From a virus, in IMG/VR virus record IMGVR_UViG_3300021387_000700: 64,000 nt of DNA. One strand, given 5' to 3'. The notes beneath the pieces are model-generated. The model was given only the letters and a program-made list of their open reading frames with translations. It ran no database searches and was not told the origin of the DNA. The position numbers and the translations under genes were made by a program. Shown piece by piece: positions 26,152-36,340 of the stretch; the first letter of the stretch is position 1; each line of letters begins with the position of its first letter.

Positions 26152-29100
26152 ATGGCAGCAAATGATGATGTTCTGATTGTTGGTAAGCTTGATTCCAAAG
26201 AATTAGAAAAGTCGATTAACGATTTGATAGATTTCGTTGGTGATAAGACTACTATAATGGCTGGTAAGTTTGATTCCGCAATGGATAAGATGAAATCGGC
26301 CATGAAGGATTTCGCTATTACGCAGAAAGTTTCCGTCGATTTGATGAAGGAGGCTTGGAAGGATATGTCCGCGTCGTTTGATGCTATGGTAGCAGCTCAA
26401 TCGGGTGCTACTGGTGGCGGCAAAGGTAAAGAGCCAAGGGAATATGCGCCAAATACCATCGGTGCATTGGAGCAGGAAATTGAGAAACGCCAGCAAAACC
26501 GAAAGGAGATGGAGCTTGACAGCGACGCATTACGCCAAGAAAACAAGCTCATCGAAGAGCGAAACAAAAAGCTGGCCGAGCAAAAGGGCTTGAATACTAT
26601 GGCGGCGCAGGCTAAGAAAGCAGGCGAGGAAATCCGTGTAGCGTTCTCGCATCCCGCAAACAGCCTTGAGCAAGCCGAGGCAAAGCTCGCAAAGCTAAAG
26701 GCACTTGCTGCCAATTGGAAAGGTAAGGGCGTTTTGAATGAAACGCAATGGAATAAGATTCAAAATGCCATTGATAGAACAGAAAAGTCTATCGAAAAGT
26801 TCAAGATGTCCGCAATGACATTAAAGGACTTAAAGCTCTTGCCCGAAAAATCAGTCGACGATATTACCAAGAAGCTGCAAGCTTTAAAGCATATTCAGAT
26901 AGACCCGAAAAACGCCACGCAAGTCAAAAAGCTTGGCGACGAATACCAGCGTCTTTCCCGTATGCAGAATGAGCTTTTAGGCCGCAGCATACAGCTCACC
27001 AAATCCAACAACTATCTCGCGCAAAGTTTTGGTTATATCCGTAACCGTATCGTTTATGCGCTTACGCTTGGTGCTGCGACATCGTTTGTTAAGCAAGTGT
27101 ACGACATCCGTGCGCAATATGAACTGCTGGAGCGTTCCTTGGGCGTTCTGATAGGTTCTTTTGAACGTGGTAGCCGTATATTCCAAGAGCTGAACACAAT
27201 GGCCTTGAAATCGCCGTTTACGCTTATGGAGTTGGGCACTGCCGCAAAGCAATTAACGGCATACAATTTCCAAGCAAACGAGGTTGTGAACACCACACGC
27301 CGTTTAGCAGACCTTTCCGCAGCTTTGGGCGTGCCTATGGAGCGTCTCACATACAACTTAGGTCAGATTCGCGCACAGACGGTACTTACAGCCCGTGATG
27401 CCCGCGACTTCGCAAATGCTGGTTTGCCTATCGTGAAATCGCTGGCAGACCATTTCTCTGAGCTTGAGGGGCGTGTCGTTTCTACGGGTGATGTCTACGA
27501 CCGCATGAGTAAGAAGGCCGTGTCGTATAACGATGTTATGGCCGTGCTTAACAAAATGACAGACGAGGGCGGTAAGTTCTTTGATTTCCAAGCAAAGCAG
27601 GCAGAAACCCTTCGCGTGCAGTTAGCAAACCTTACATTGGCATGGAACAATATGCTTAATGCCGTTGGTAAGGAAAACCAAGGTATGCTCACATTGCCTA
27701 TCACGGCTCTTAAATCGCTTTTCCAAAATTGGAAGGAACTTAGCCATGTAATAACCGAGGTCATTATTGCCCTTGGTCTTTACAAAGGCACACAACTCGT
27801 CGTAAACAAGCTCGTTGGCGAGAGTGCTATGGTGATGCGAAAGAGCATCCTTATGGATAAGGAAAAGGCCGCATCTGAACTGCAAAGAGAGGGTACAGTC
27901 CGCCGCTTGCTGGTAAGCGAGCAAAAACAGATAGCAAACAAAAAGAAAGTTGTCGCCGCCGATTACCAAGCCATCCTTTCAACACGCGAGCTTTCAAAGA
28001 CGCAGGCTTTGTTGCTTGCTGCTTTTAACAAGAACGACAAGGAATTGATGAAAGCCCTTGTTAAGCTAAAGCTGTTGAAGAAGTCCGAGATAGAGAATAT
28101 CACCGTCGGAAAGGCTTTCTCGCTCGTTATCAAGCAGATGGGTATTTCGCTTATGAGCCTTGGTAAGACTATCGCGATGTTCCTGCCGCAAATGGCGGCT
28201 ATGGCCGCTATCGGTGCTATCGTTGAGGCCGTTTACACATTCTCCGAGATTAGCGATAAGATACGCGACATCAATAAGAGTATTGTGGATAGCGCAAAGG
28301 AAAGTGCCGATTCAATTGCACAATTCATGAAGGATTACAGCGAGACCTATAAAAAGGTCTTTGAGTATCAAGAAAAGGTGCAAAAGAACGGTGTTCCTGC
28401 CACAAAGGACGGTATTCCACAATACAAGAATCTGAATGACGCAGAGGCGTTAAAGGCATGGGACGCAATCCGTGAGCAGATTGAGCTTTCAAGTGCTGCA
28501 AGCGGTGTGTTCATCGACAAGCTGATGCAGATAAATGACGTTAATGACCGTGTTCGTGCTGGATTCGACTATCTCCAGCAGATTCACGATATTAACGGTG
28601 CGCTGGAGTCGCTTGACGATAAGGCCGTTACCATCAATGGCGACTGGTCTAAGTGGTGGAACTTATGGTCTTTGCCCGATGGCCTTATTGACAACCTCAA
28701 GGATTATTCAGAACAGCTTGATAAGGTTATAGAGAAATGGGGTAGCCTTGCTAATGCAAAGGAAGCAGCCATGCGAAAGCAAGAGGGCGCAGAAGGCGAT
28801 TTACACGATGTTCAAGCGCAGTTCAACACGTTCTCAAACGACCTCAAGGACACCATATCGTCAATGTTTAACGCATTTTCTTCCGTTGGTATCAATACGG
28901 CGGAGGGTATGCGAGAGGCATTTGAACGTTCCAATAATCAGATTCTTGCAGATGCCAACCTTTCTTCAAAGGAACAGCTTCAGTACCGCATGGCAGCGGA
29001 GGAGGAGTTTATCGCACAGCGCAAAGCCCAATTCAAAGAGGAATATGATTTTGAAATCGAGCAGGGCAATGCCGCACGCGCCGCACGGGTAAAGCAAGAA

Positions 29101-32100
29101 GAGGAGGCATGGCTTGCATCCTTTGGCAGCGGTAAGGCCGTTTCGCAGGCTTTCTTTGACTGGCTTAAAAACCAGCACGCAAGCGAAATCAACTCCATGT
29201 TTGGCAAAATGTCGCGCAGGGAGATTGAGCAGATAGATTGGTCACAACCGAAATGGCAAAAGTGGGCGCAGGATAATGCCGAGTCGTTCAGCAAGCAGTA
29301 CGGAATATCTTTCGATAAGCTGAAAGGGCTTGTTGCCGATGCTAACACATGGAAGATTTTCCTCAAGCTTACCATCACCACCGACGAAAAGAGTGTTTAT
29401 GATACACTTAAAGATGCAGATGCCGCAGCTAATGCCGCATGGACTAAGATTCAGCGGTTAAAGCAACGCCAAGCCGAACTTAACAAGATTCCAGCCACAT
29501 CGCTTACAGACGAGCAAAACGAAGAGGCAAAGAATCTTTTTACCGAGCTTACGCAGGCACAGAACGACTATAACGATGCTGTGGCAAAAGGCGGTCACGC
29601 CAGCAAGCAGGCAAAGGCCAACGCAAAAGCACAGAAAACAGCCGAGCAGGAGGTTAATGAGGCTTTACGTCAAGAGCTTTCTATCATCCGTGAGGTTCAA
29701 AGCAACTACGATAAGCTCCGCAAATCGGGTGTTGATGATATGCAGGCCGCACAATTGGCCGCACAAGGCTATGCGGACACATTAAGCCGCGTAAACAATA
29801 TTCTTGCGAAATACGGCATAAGCAAGTTCAATGCAAAGGATTTCGCGGGAAAGGACACCCGTGCCATTCTTGAAACCCTGCAAAAGCAGCGCAATGACCT
29901 TATAGCAAGCGGGAAAGTTAAGGCCGCAGGCTTGAAGGACATGGACGTCGAGATTCAAAAGCTTACCATCGATGCAAAGACCTACGATTACAAAAAGATT
30001 ACAGATGGCCTTAATTCCGAGCTTGGTAAAATCAAGGACGAGTACGAGCTGGCTGTTGAATTAGATGCCAACCCCGAACTTGGTGATATGTTTGCGGATA
30101 TGTTCAGCATTGATACATCGTCACTGCCGCACACATTTGAGCAGGCACTTGCAATGATTCAATCTTCTGTCGATAATGCGTTAAGCAAGCTTGGCATTGA
30201 GCGTTCGTTTGATATTCTGAAAGGGGATATAAACGCCTTTGCGAAGTCGGTAAAACAGTCGATGGATGGCGATGCCATAAAAGAGCTGGAGAAGGCGCAA
30301 AATTATATTCGTGGTATTTGGAAAAAGAACGCAGAAGAGACCATTAAAGACTGGAACTCCCTGCTTGAGAAGTACGGCGATTATCAAACAAAACTTATAA
30401 AGGCCGCACAAGATACTGCACAAGAGCAGCTTAATATTGTGCGAAAGTTTGGTGACGATTCCGAGCAGGCCGAGGCTTTGGATTTGTCTAAAAAGATAAC
30501 TCTTACCACAGACCAAGACGAAGTCGCACGTATTCAAAAGCAGCTTTACGAACTTGTAAACAAGGTCGTTAAAGGCAAAGATGTTGGGATTAAGTTGGCG
30601 GCAAGTGTAGAGCAGGGCGATATAAAAACCAAAGCAAAAATTGAATGGGATAACTTTAAGGATAGCGACTACTATACCATGATGTTTGAAGACATGGATA
30701 GGGTTTCTACCCGTGCAATTCGCTCTATTCTTGCGCAGCTTGATTTGCTCAAGGAAAAAGTCAAAGACGACCCTGCAAGCATGAAGGCTCTTATGGATGC
30801 GTACAAGAAAGGCCGCGACGAGCTGGAAAGCCGTGCTCCGTTTGAGAATATCATAGAAAGCATAAAAGAGTGGCATCAAGCATCCGTCGAGGCAGCTGGT
30901 GCTAACAGAGAACTTGCTGACGCTAACAGAGAACTCGAAAGCGCACAAGCCGAATTGAATAATGCTCAAAGCGCAGCCAATAATCCAAACGCAAGATTTG
31001 GTAACGAGGCTGAAAAAACAGAACGCCTTGCAAAAGCACAAGAGCGTTACACAAAGGCTGTCAAGAGCAAAAACCAAGCGGAGCAAAATGTTGCGCAGGC
31101 CGAAATAAAGCAGATAAACGCTCAAACAAAGTTCCAAAACGCCTTGAACGGTTCGGCAACAGCACTTCAAAACGTTGGTAATTTGCTGACGCAATTTGCA
31201 GAGCTGCTTGGTATCGCCGAGGATAGCGAGGCGGGTGAAATGGTCAAGTCGCTTGCACAAGGGTTTACCATGATGGCTACTGCTTTATCATTGGTAGCTA
31301 CCGTAGCAGCAATAGCCGAAATGTCGCTTGGATGGGTCGCCGCTGTTGCAGCTGCACTTACGGTTGTTATAAGCCTCGTTTCTTTCCTTGCTGGCCAAAG
31401 CAATAGAAAGATTACAGAACAAATTGAAGAAATCGAGCGAGATGTACACGACCTTGAAATTGCGTATAAGAATTTGGAGCAAGCTGCCGACGAAGCCTAT
31501 GGTGCTATGACAAGTGGCGCAAAGGCCGCTTTGCTTGCAAACAAGCAGGCTCAGTTGGAAGATTTGGAAAGACAGCTTGAGCTTGCAAAATCTCGAACGG
31601 GCAAGCATTACGACCAAGATGAAGTAGACAACTACCAAAGCGAAATCGTAGACCTCCGTAATGAAATACGAGACCTCACGCATGAAATAACAAATGACTT
31701 GCTTGATATTTCAAGTGCTGGCGATGGCATAACAGACCTTGTTGATGCAATGATTGAGGCTTTCAAAAACGGCGAGGATGCTATGGCCGCTTTTGGAGAT
31801 AAGTGGGACGAGATGATTGATAATATGATTCTCAAAATGCTCATATCCACATTCATGCAAAAGGCTTGGGATAACGTTATGAAAACACTTGAAGAAAAAG
31901 AGGACGAGTTCCTACAAAGGGCAAGTGCAGACCGTGCCGAGGCGCAAAAGAATTACGACAAGGCATTCGATATGTCGGATGATGAGATAGCACAGATGAT
32001 TGCCGAACAACTTGGCTATCATGATGAGGTGAGCATGAAAAGGAACGATTTGGAGGATTTGGTCAAGAGAGGCAGTCTTGGTGTTGGCGGCATTGGCATG

Positions 32101-32643
32101 ACCTCATACAATAGCACTCCATACTTCTTTGTCAAGGCTTGGCAGCAAGTCACAGACGAGGAAATCGCAGCATACCGCAAGATGCTAAAGGATGCTGTTG
32201 ATAGCTCTATGTCCGCAACAGACCAAGCATCTGTAGACTTTACAAAATGGGCTTTGGATTATATGAACGGCGAAGGCCGTGATTATATGACGAATTACGC
32301 CGAAATGCTTAAAGCAGCACTTGGCGATTGGTATAGCTACGGCCAAGACGCGCAAGCAAGCTTATCCGCATTACAGCAGGGTATTCAAGGCATTAGCGAA
32401 GATACAGCAGGAGCTTTGGAGGCTTACATGAATAGCATTTCGCAGCAAGTCTACTTGCATAGCGAGCTTCTTACACAGCTACGTGACGCACTTGTTAATT
32501 TTGACCTTGACGTGCAGGTTGCAACGATGTCGCAGATGCTCTTGCAGTTGCAGCAAAGCTATCAAGTGCAATTGGCTATACAGAATATTCTTAACGGATG
32601 GTCTAATCCTTCGGGTATGGCCGTTCGTGTTGAAATGGTTTAA
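26152..32643 (+). CDS. tape measure protein
   Basis: 2163 aa and coiled-coil rich, with the hydrophobic segment LVATVAAIAEMSLGWVAAVAAALTVVISLVSFLAG. Follows the chaperone pair. Confidence 0.85.
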   Translation: MAANDDVLIVGKLDSKELEKSINDLIDFVGDKTTIMAGKFDSAMDKMKSAMKDFAITQKVSVDLMKEAWKDMSASFDAMVAAQSGATGGGKGKEPREYAPNTIGALEQEIEKRQQNRKEMELDSDALRQENKLIEERNKKLAEQKGLNTMAAQAKKAGEEIRVAFSHPANSLEQAEAKLAKLKALAANWKGKGVLNETQWNKIQNAIDRTEKSIEKFKMSAMTLKDLKLLPEKSVDDITKKLQALKHIQIDPKNATQVKKLGDEYQRLSRMQNELLGRSIQLTKSNNYLAQSFGYIRNRIVYALTLGAATSFVKQVYDIRAQYELLERSLGVLIGSFERGSRIFQELNTMALKSPFTLMELGTAAKQLTAYNFQANEVVNTTRRLADLSAALGVPMERLTYNLGQIRAQTVLTARDARDFANAGLPIVKSLADHFSELEGRVVSTGDVYDRMSKKAVSYNDVMAVLNKMTDEGGKFFDFQAKQAETLRVQLANLTLAWNNMLNAVGKENQGMLTLPITALKSLFQNWKELSHVITEVIIALGLYKGTQLVVNKLVGESAMVMRKSILMDKEKAASELQREGTVRRLLVSEQKQIANKKKVVAADYQAILSTRELSKTQALLLAAFNKNDKELMKALVKLKLLKKSEIENITVGKAFSLVIKQMGISLMSLGKTIAMFLPQMAAMAAIGAIVEAVYTFSEISDKIRDINKSIVDSAKESADSIAQFMKDYSETYKKVFEYQEKVQKNGVPATKDGIPQYKNLNDAEALKAWDAIREQIELSSAASGVFIDKLMQINDVNDRVRAGFDYLQQIHDINGALESLDDKAVTINGDWSKWWNLWSLPDGLIDNLKDYSEQLDKVIEKWGSLANAKEAAMRKQEGAEGDLHDVQAQFNTFSNDLKDTISSMFNAFSSVGINTAEGMREAFERSNNQILADANLSSKEQLQYRMAAEEEFIAQRKAQFKEEYDFEIEQGNAARAARVKQEEEAWLASFGSGKAVSQAFFDWLKNQHASEINSMFGKMSRREIEQIDWSQPKWQKWAQDNAESFSKQYGISFDKLKGLVADANTWKIFLKLTITTDEKSVYDTLKDADAAANAAWTKIQRLKQRQAELNKIPATSLTDEQNEEAKNLFTELTQAQNDYNDAVAKGGHASKQAKANAKAQKTAEQEVNEALRQELSIIREVQSNYDKLRKSGVDDMQAAQLAAQGYADTLSRVNNILAKYGISKFNAKDFAGKDTRAILETLQKQRNDLIASGKVKAAGLKDMDVEIQKLTIDAKTYDYKKITDGLNSELGKIKDEYELAVELDANPELGDMFADMFSIDTSSLPHTFEQALAMIQSSVDNALSKLGIERSFDILKGDINAFAKSVKQSMDGDAIKELEKAQNYIRGIWKKNAEETIKDWNSLLEKYGDYQTKLIKAAQDTAQEQLNIVRKFGDDSEQAEALDLSKKITLTTDQDEVARIQKQLYELVNKVVKGKDVGIKLAASVEQGDIKTKAKIEWDNFKDSDYYTMMFEDMDRVSTRAIRSILAQLDLLKEKVKDDPASMKALMDAYKKGRDELESRAPFENIIESIKEWHQASVEAAGANRELADANRELESAQAELNNAQSAANNPNARFGNEAEKTERLAKAQERYTKAVKSKNQAEQNVAQAEIKQINAQTKFQNALNGSATALQNVGNLLTQFAELLGIAEDSEAGEMVKSLAQGFTMMATALSLVATVAAIAEMSLGWVAAVAAALTVVISLVSFLAGQSNRKITEQIEEIERDVHDLEIAYKNLEQAADEAYGAMTSGAKAALLANKQAQLEDLERQLELAKSRTGKHYDQDEVDNYQSEIVDLRNEIRDLTHEITNDLLDISSAGDGITDLVDAMIEAFKNGEDAMAAFGDKWDEMIDNMILKMLISTFMQKAWDNVMKTLEEKEDEFLQRASADRAEAQKNYDKAFDMSDDEIAQMIAEQLGYHDEVSMKRNDLEDLVKRGSLGVGGIGMTSYNSTPYFFVKAWQQVTDEEIAAYRKMLKDAVDSSMSATDQASVDFTKWALDYMNGEGRDYMTNYAEMLKAALGDWYSYGQDAQASLSALQQGIQGISEDTAGALEAYMNSISQQVYLHSELLTQLRDALVNFDLDVQVATMSQMLLQLQQSYQVQLAIQNILNGWSNPSGMAVRVEMV

Positions 32644-32654
32644 TTTTCGTGATT

Positions 32655-33254
32655 ATGGATAATGGAATGTTAGCATTTTACAAGGCCGCATTACAAGGGG
32701 AGATAACAGCCCCCTTGTGTGCGGAGTACAAAAACGAGTGGCGCAAATGCGGTGATGATAAGGAAAAGCTTGTTAAGCTGGTTATGCGCCAGCAGAGCCT
32801 CCCGTATTTCATTACGCATTGCTATCAAGGCAAGGGATTAAGCAAGGAGTATATCATCAAGAACTTTTCCGATTTCATCAACGGGAAACGCCCGATTCTT
32901 GATGCAGACCTCGTTAAAGGGTATTCTTATGCTATCTACGTTGATTTTAAGGCCATTTGCAAGCCCGACAACGATGTTGCGGCCTTTATGTGGTGTAATT
33001 GCCCGCAGCTCGAAATTAAAGCCGCCAAATGCCCTAATTTCTATATTGGGGCTGGCAGCGAGATACACCTCGTTTGCGATGGGTACAATTCTCCACACAT
33101 CTACCTTTTCGATGATAGCAGGCTAATCATTGAAGACGCTGATGATACTTGCAGCATTGTGGTGTACCGATATTCGCGTAACGCCACCGTTGAGAAAGGC
33201 AAATACTGCACTACTGATAACATTAAGATTTTCGACAAAGAACTAAGATTATAA
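32655..33254 (+). CDS. hypothetical protein after the tape measure
   Basis: 199 aa from the first ATG. Cys-rich, with no recognised motif. Confidence 0.45.
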   Translation: MDNGMLAFYKAALQGEITAPLCAEYKNEWRKCGDDKEKLVKLVMRQQSLPYFITHCYQGKGLSKEYIIKNFSDFINGKRPILDADLVKGYSYAIYVDFKAICKPDNDVAAFMWCNCPQLEIKAAKCPNFYIGAGSEIHLVCDGYNSPHIYLFDDSRLIIEDADDTCSIVVYRYSRNATVEKGKYCTTDNIKIFDKELRL

Positions 33255-33258
33255 GATT

Positions 33259-33756
33259 ATGGCAAACAATTCATCAAACAGATATTTTGCAAAGAACACG
33301 GCCAACGGTTCGTTTTCCGACATAACGACTCTTTACGACGGTGTTGCAATACTTAAAGTCGACGGTATGCTTGGTAAGGGTAAGCCCGTGAACATATACA
33401 CGGCTCAATGGGTGAACTCCCAGCAGGAGGACTTTATGATAACCACATTCGATAATCAGAACAACCCCGTTGTGATACGTGAAAATGTGGATATAGACAT
33501 TACGTTCATCGTTCGCAAGAAATATGCAACCACACAAACGGGATTTGATGTCCGTGCGGTACACGACAGCTTTGCATCGTTCCTAACGGACAGCGATGTT
33601 TGGATTAAGTCCGCATACCTTGGGAACAAATACGTACATTGCGTGTGCTTAAAGGAATACAAGCCGACAACGGTAAAACTTGGACGCGGCGACAATTCCT
33701 ATATCATAGGCACTATAACCCTGCACACGCTTGATGCACCAGCGATAGATTCTTAA
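33259..33756 (+). CDS. distal tail protein (Dit)-like candidate
   Basis: 165 aa with beta-rich composition. Last gene of the rightward late operon. Called on position only. Confidence 0.35.
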   Translation: MANNSSNRYFAKNTANGSFSDITTLYDGVAILKVDGMLGKGKPVNIYTAQWVNSQQEDFMITTFDNQNNPVVIRENVDIDITFIVRKKYATTQTGFDVRAVHDSFASFLTDSDVWIKSAYLGNKYVHCVCLKEYKPTTVKLGRGDNSYIIGTITLHTLDAPAIDS

Positions 33757-33826
33757 AGTGTTGATTTCAGTTTAAATTAATAAAAAAATTAAGATTTGTT
33801 GAAGTTGCCATTAGCGAATGGTACAA

Positions 33827-33865
33827 GAAAAGCCACCGTCCGCGAGGATAGTGGCCTTTCTTTTC
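33827..33865 (+). terminator. terminator at the convergent junction
   Basis: Stem gaaaagccac / gtggcctttc (9/10) with a 14-nt loop, followed by TCTTTTC. Confidence 0.55.
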
Positions 33866-33887
33866 GACAATAAATAGATAAGCTGGC

Positions 33888-34328
33888 TTATAAAATCTTC
33901 TTCCACCAAGGCTTACGGAGGTCTTCGACGGTAGCCTCAAGCTCCGTGATATAATCCTTGTTGGCAGCGGCCTCGGCCTCCAGCTTATTCTTCTTTTGGA
34001 TAAGCTCACGCACCTGCTCCTGCAAGCCGTTGACGACCTTGTCCTTTTCGGCGATTTTCGCATCCTTTTCCTTGATGGACTGTCCCAGCTGCTTAACCTC
34101 GGTCAAGTGATTCTTTTTCATGACGTCCATCTCAGCAATGCGCTTTTCGTTCAGCTCATCACCCTCCTTGTCGAGCTGCTTGAGGTGGGCAATCTGCTTT
34201 TTGTAGTTCGCATTGGATGTCTTGAAGCCGCTAATCTGCTTTTTCAAAGAGGCGTTTTCCTTCATCAACTCTTCGTTGTCGCCTTTGAGGGTTTGAATGG
34301 TTTGCTCCACGCTGTTCTTACTTTCCAT
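33888..34328 (-). CDS. coiled-coil protein
   Basis: 146 aa, K/E-rich with heptad-like composition. Last gene of the leftward early operon. Confidence 0.5.
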   Translation of the reverse strand: MESKNSVEQTIQTLKGDNEELMKENASLKKQISGFKTSNANYKKQIAHLKQLDKEGDELNEKRIAEMDVMKKNHLTEVKQLGQSIKEKDAKIAEKDKVVNGLQEQVRELIQKKNKLEAEAAANKDYITELEATVEDLRKPWWKKIL

Positions 34329-34373
34329 AATTACGTAATTTTAAAGAGTTAGAAAATATGATGTTATATAACA

Positions 34374-34781
34374 CTAAAAGTCGGGTTTCTTGTATTCGTC
34401 GATATTCGGTATCTCGCTGCCATGCAGGAGGCTTTCCTTTACAAGATTCTGCTCCATCTTTACCGTAGAACGGGGATAGCTTGCAAGGTTCATACATTGT
34501 CCTATAACGGAATATCCCTGCACGATGGTTTCTTTATCAATGGCATAGGGGAACACCTCACCCTTGATTTCTACCAGCATACCGTTGTTAAAGTGATTGT
34601 TGATATACTTGACAAGTCCCTGCTTAAAGATAACCTTCCAAGAAAGGTACTTATCATCCACGACCTCGCCGTTGGATTTCTTGTAGCCTTTCTTGAACTC
34701 CGAAACAAAAACGAAACAGCCGCCTTGGTTCGGTAGGTACTTTATGTTATCAACGAATCCTATAATTGTAATATTCGCCAT
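34374..34781 (-). CDS. OB-fold SSB-like protein
   Basis: 135 aa. The C-terminus ...IDEYKKPDF resembles an SSB acidic tip ending in P-F. Confidence 0.4.
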   Translation of the reverse strand: MANITIIGFVDNIKYLPNQGGCFVFVSEFKKGYKKSNGEVVDDKYLSWKVIFKQGLVKYINNHFNNGMLVEIKGEVFPYAIDKETIVQGYSVIGQCMNLASYPRSTVKMEQNLVKESLLHGSEIPNIDEYKKPDF

Positions 34782-34783
34782 AT

Positions 34784-35035
34784 CTATTCTTTTTCTTTGT
34801 ATGCGATGCAGGCCGTATCAGTAACCTTTATCGTCTTATATCCGCTGTTGCTGCGTTTAGACGGTTGCAGAGTACAGCATTGCACCACCTTGTTAGAGTG
34901 CTCGTTAAGCGCAAAACGCTTGCGCCAAGCGCATGTACGGCATTTCTTCTTCCAAACGACCTTGCTGACATCCAATTCGGGAAACAAGGCCATCTGCCGC
35001 ACCTTTACGCTGTCTATCGTGTCGAACTTACCCAT
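34784..35035 (-). CDS. Cys-containing small protein
   Basis: Start chosen at MGKFDTID to avoid overlapping the micro-ORF at 35052-35156. Contains CRTC...CC. Confidence 0.4.
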   Translation of the reverse strand: MGKFDTIDSVKVRQMALFPELDVSKVVWKKKCRTCAWRKRFALNEHSNKVVQCCTLQPSKRSNSGYKTIKVTDTACIAYKEKE

Positions 35036-35051
35036 TATCGTTTGCCTTGAT

Positions 35052-35156
35052 TCAATCCTTGTCTTTAAAGGCACGGATAATATAGATTATTCCACATACG
35101 ACTAAAAACGCCGTCCATCCATGATTCTCCAATGCCGTGAAAAATTCTTCCATCAT
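35052..35156 (-). CDS. 34-aa membrane micro-protein
   Basis: Reads MMEEFFTALENHGWTAFLVVCGIIYIIRAFKDKD. ATGA overlap with the upstream stop. Below the ORF-track cutoff. Confidence 0.35.
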   Translation of the reverse strand: MMEEFFTALENHGWTAFLVVCGIIYIIRAFKDKD

Positions 35157-35299
35157 CTTTCGTATTCACATTTTTCTACTTCGTAATAGTTTGCCTTTAT
35201 CTTTCCGCTGTTCACGTCCAAGGCACGGGCGAATTTAGCACATGTAAAACGCTCCGTGCAATGAACGTTACAGCATATCGAAACGCTATTTGTTTCCAT
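35153..35299 (-). CDS. 48-aa Cys-rich protein
   Basis: Reads METNSVSICCNVHCTERFTCAKF.... Start uncertain. Confidence 0.3.
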   Translation of the reverse strand: METNSVSICCNVHCTERFTCAKFARALDVNSGKIKANYYEVEKCEYER

Positions 35300-35705
35300 C
35301 GTCTTTGTTTTCATATTGGAATAACAAACCAACGATGGCACGGCAGAAATCATACTGCGATGTCTGTTTTGGCAGCTTATCCCAATTATGGCACAGCCAG
35401 TCTGCCAGCTTATCCATGCCACCAAGCTTAGATAACGGCGTTTCTTGGATGTCCGATGCCTTTAGGCAAAGGAAGCAATCATGCAGGTATTTGCCAGTTG
35501 TATAGCTTTTGCCGTACAAGTTCTTAACAACTACCCAAACGCCCTCATCCAAATCTTTGTCTATACACATGGATTGTGGCTCATACACGATTTTCTTTCC
35601 GTGCAAGACCTTTCGGTACAGCACATTGTCAAAGGGCGGCTCGGGCTCTTGATAAACCCGATACCGTCCCTTTTCATCCTTGTAATAAAGCTTTTGCGGC
35701 TGCAT
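35286..35705 (-). CDS. hypothetical early protein
   Basis: 139 aa. From the ORF track, in the operon. Confidence 0.5.
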   Translation of the reverse strand: MQPQKLYYKDEKGRYRVYQEPEPPFDNVLYRKVLHGKKIVYEPQSMCIDKDLDEGVWVVVKNLYGKSYTTGKYLHDCFLCLKASDIQETPLSKLGGMDKLADWLCHNWDKLPKQTSQYDFCRAIVGLLFQYENKDDGNK

Positions 35706-35707
35706 GG

Positions 35708-36220
35708 TTAGTTGCCTTTGGGATTGTTACGCTTGCGACCGTTCTTACCGTGACGGTTGCTGGGTGCTGGAACATGATTCTCCTTACGCCACTTGATAGC
35801 ACTTGGCAGCGGGCAGTTGAAACGCTCATCGCAGTCGGTACAATCCTCGTCGGCATCCTCGTCGTTATCGCCAGCCATTTTTTGCAGGCGGTCGCGGAGG
35901 TTCTCAAGGGTTTGCTTTGCGGCCATCGAAATCATCGGCATAAGGCGCAGCACGATACGTCTGCCAGCATTATCGTGTTTCTTGATGATAGCACCAAGGG
36001 CATCCATAACGCCCTCTGCAAAGATTTTGCCATCCTTGATGTCGTCGCCGTAGTAATCATCAAGCACGGTGGCAATCGCAGCGGCAATGTCGAGGCCATC
36101 CTTGCAGGAATCGAAATAGTTGACGTTGTCCTTCTCATCCTTGTAGATAACAACAACAGACTCGTTATTGCAAACCATGTTAATTAACTCATCAATTTTC
36201 TTTTCAACTTTCTTGCTCAT
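35708..36220 (-). CDS. acidic hypothetical early protein
   Basis: Start at MSKKVEKKIDEL. A -7 box lies 55 nt upstream. Confidence 0.5.
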   Translation of the reverse strand: MSKKVEKKIDELINMVCNNESVVVIYKDEKDNVNYFDSCKDGLDIAAAIATVLDDYYGDDIKDGKIFAEGVMDALGAIIKKHDNAGRRIVLRLMPMISMAAKQTLENLRDRLQKMAGDNDEDADEDCTDCDERFNCPLPSAIKWRKENHVPAPSNRHGKNGRKRNNPKGN

Positions 36221-36274
36221 TTTCGTAAACGTTTTAAAAGTAACTATATTAATTATTAATAAAGAAATCTGCCG

Positions 36275-36282
36275 CAAAGGTA
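36275..36282 (-). promoter_or_regulatory. -7 box TACCTTTG
   Basis: Minus strand, in the spacer after the primase gene. Confidence 0.4.
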
Positions 36283-36340
36283 GTATTTATTTTGGCATAT
36301 TCCAAAGAAATTACATTATTTAACCAAACTTTAACGCTTT

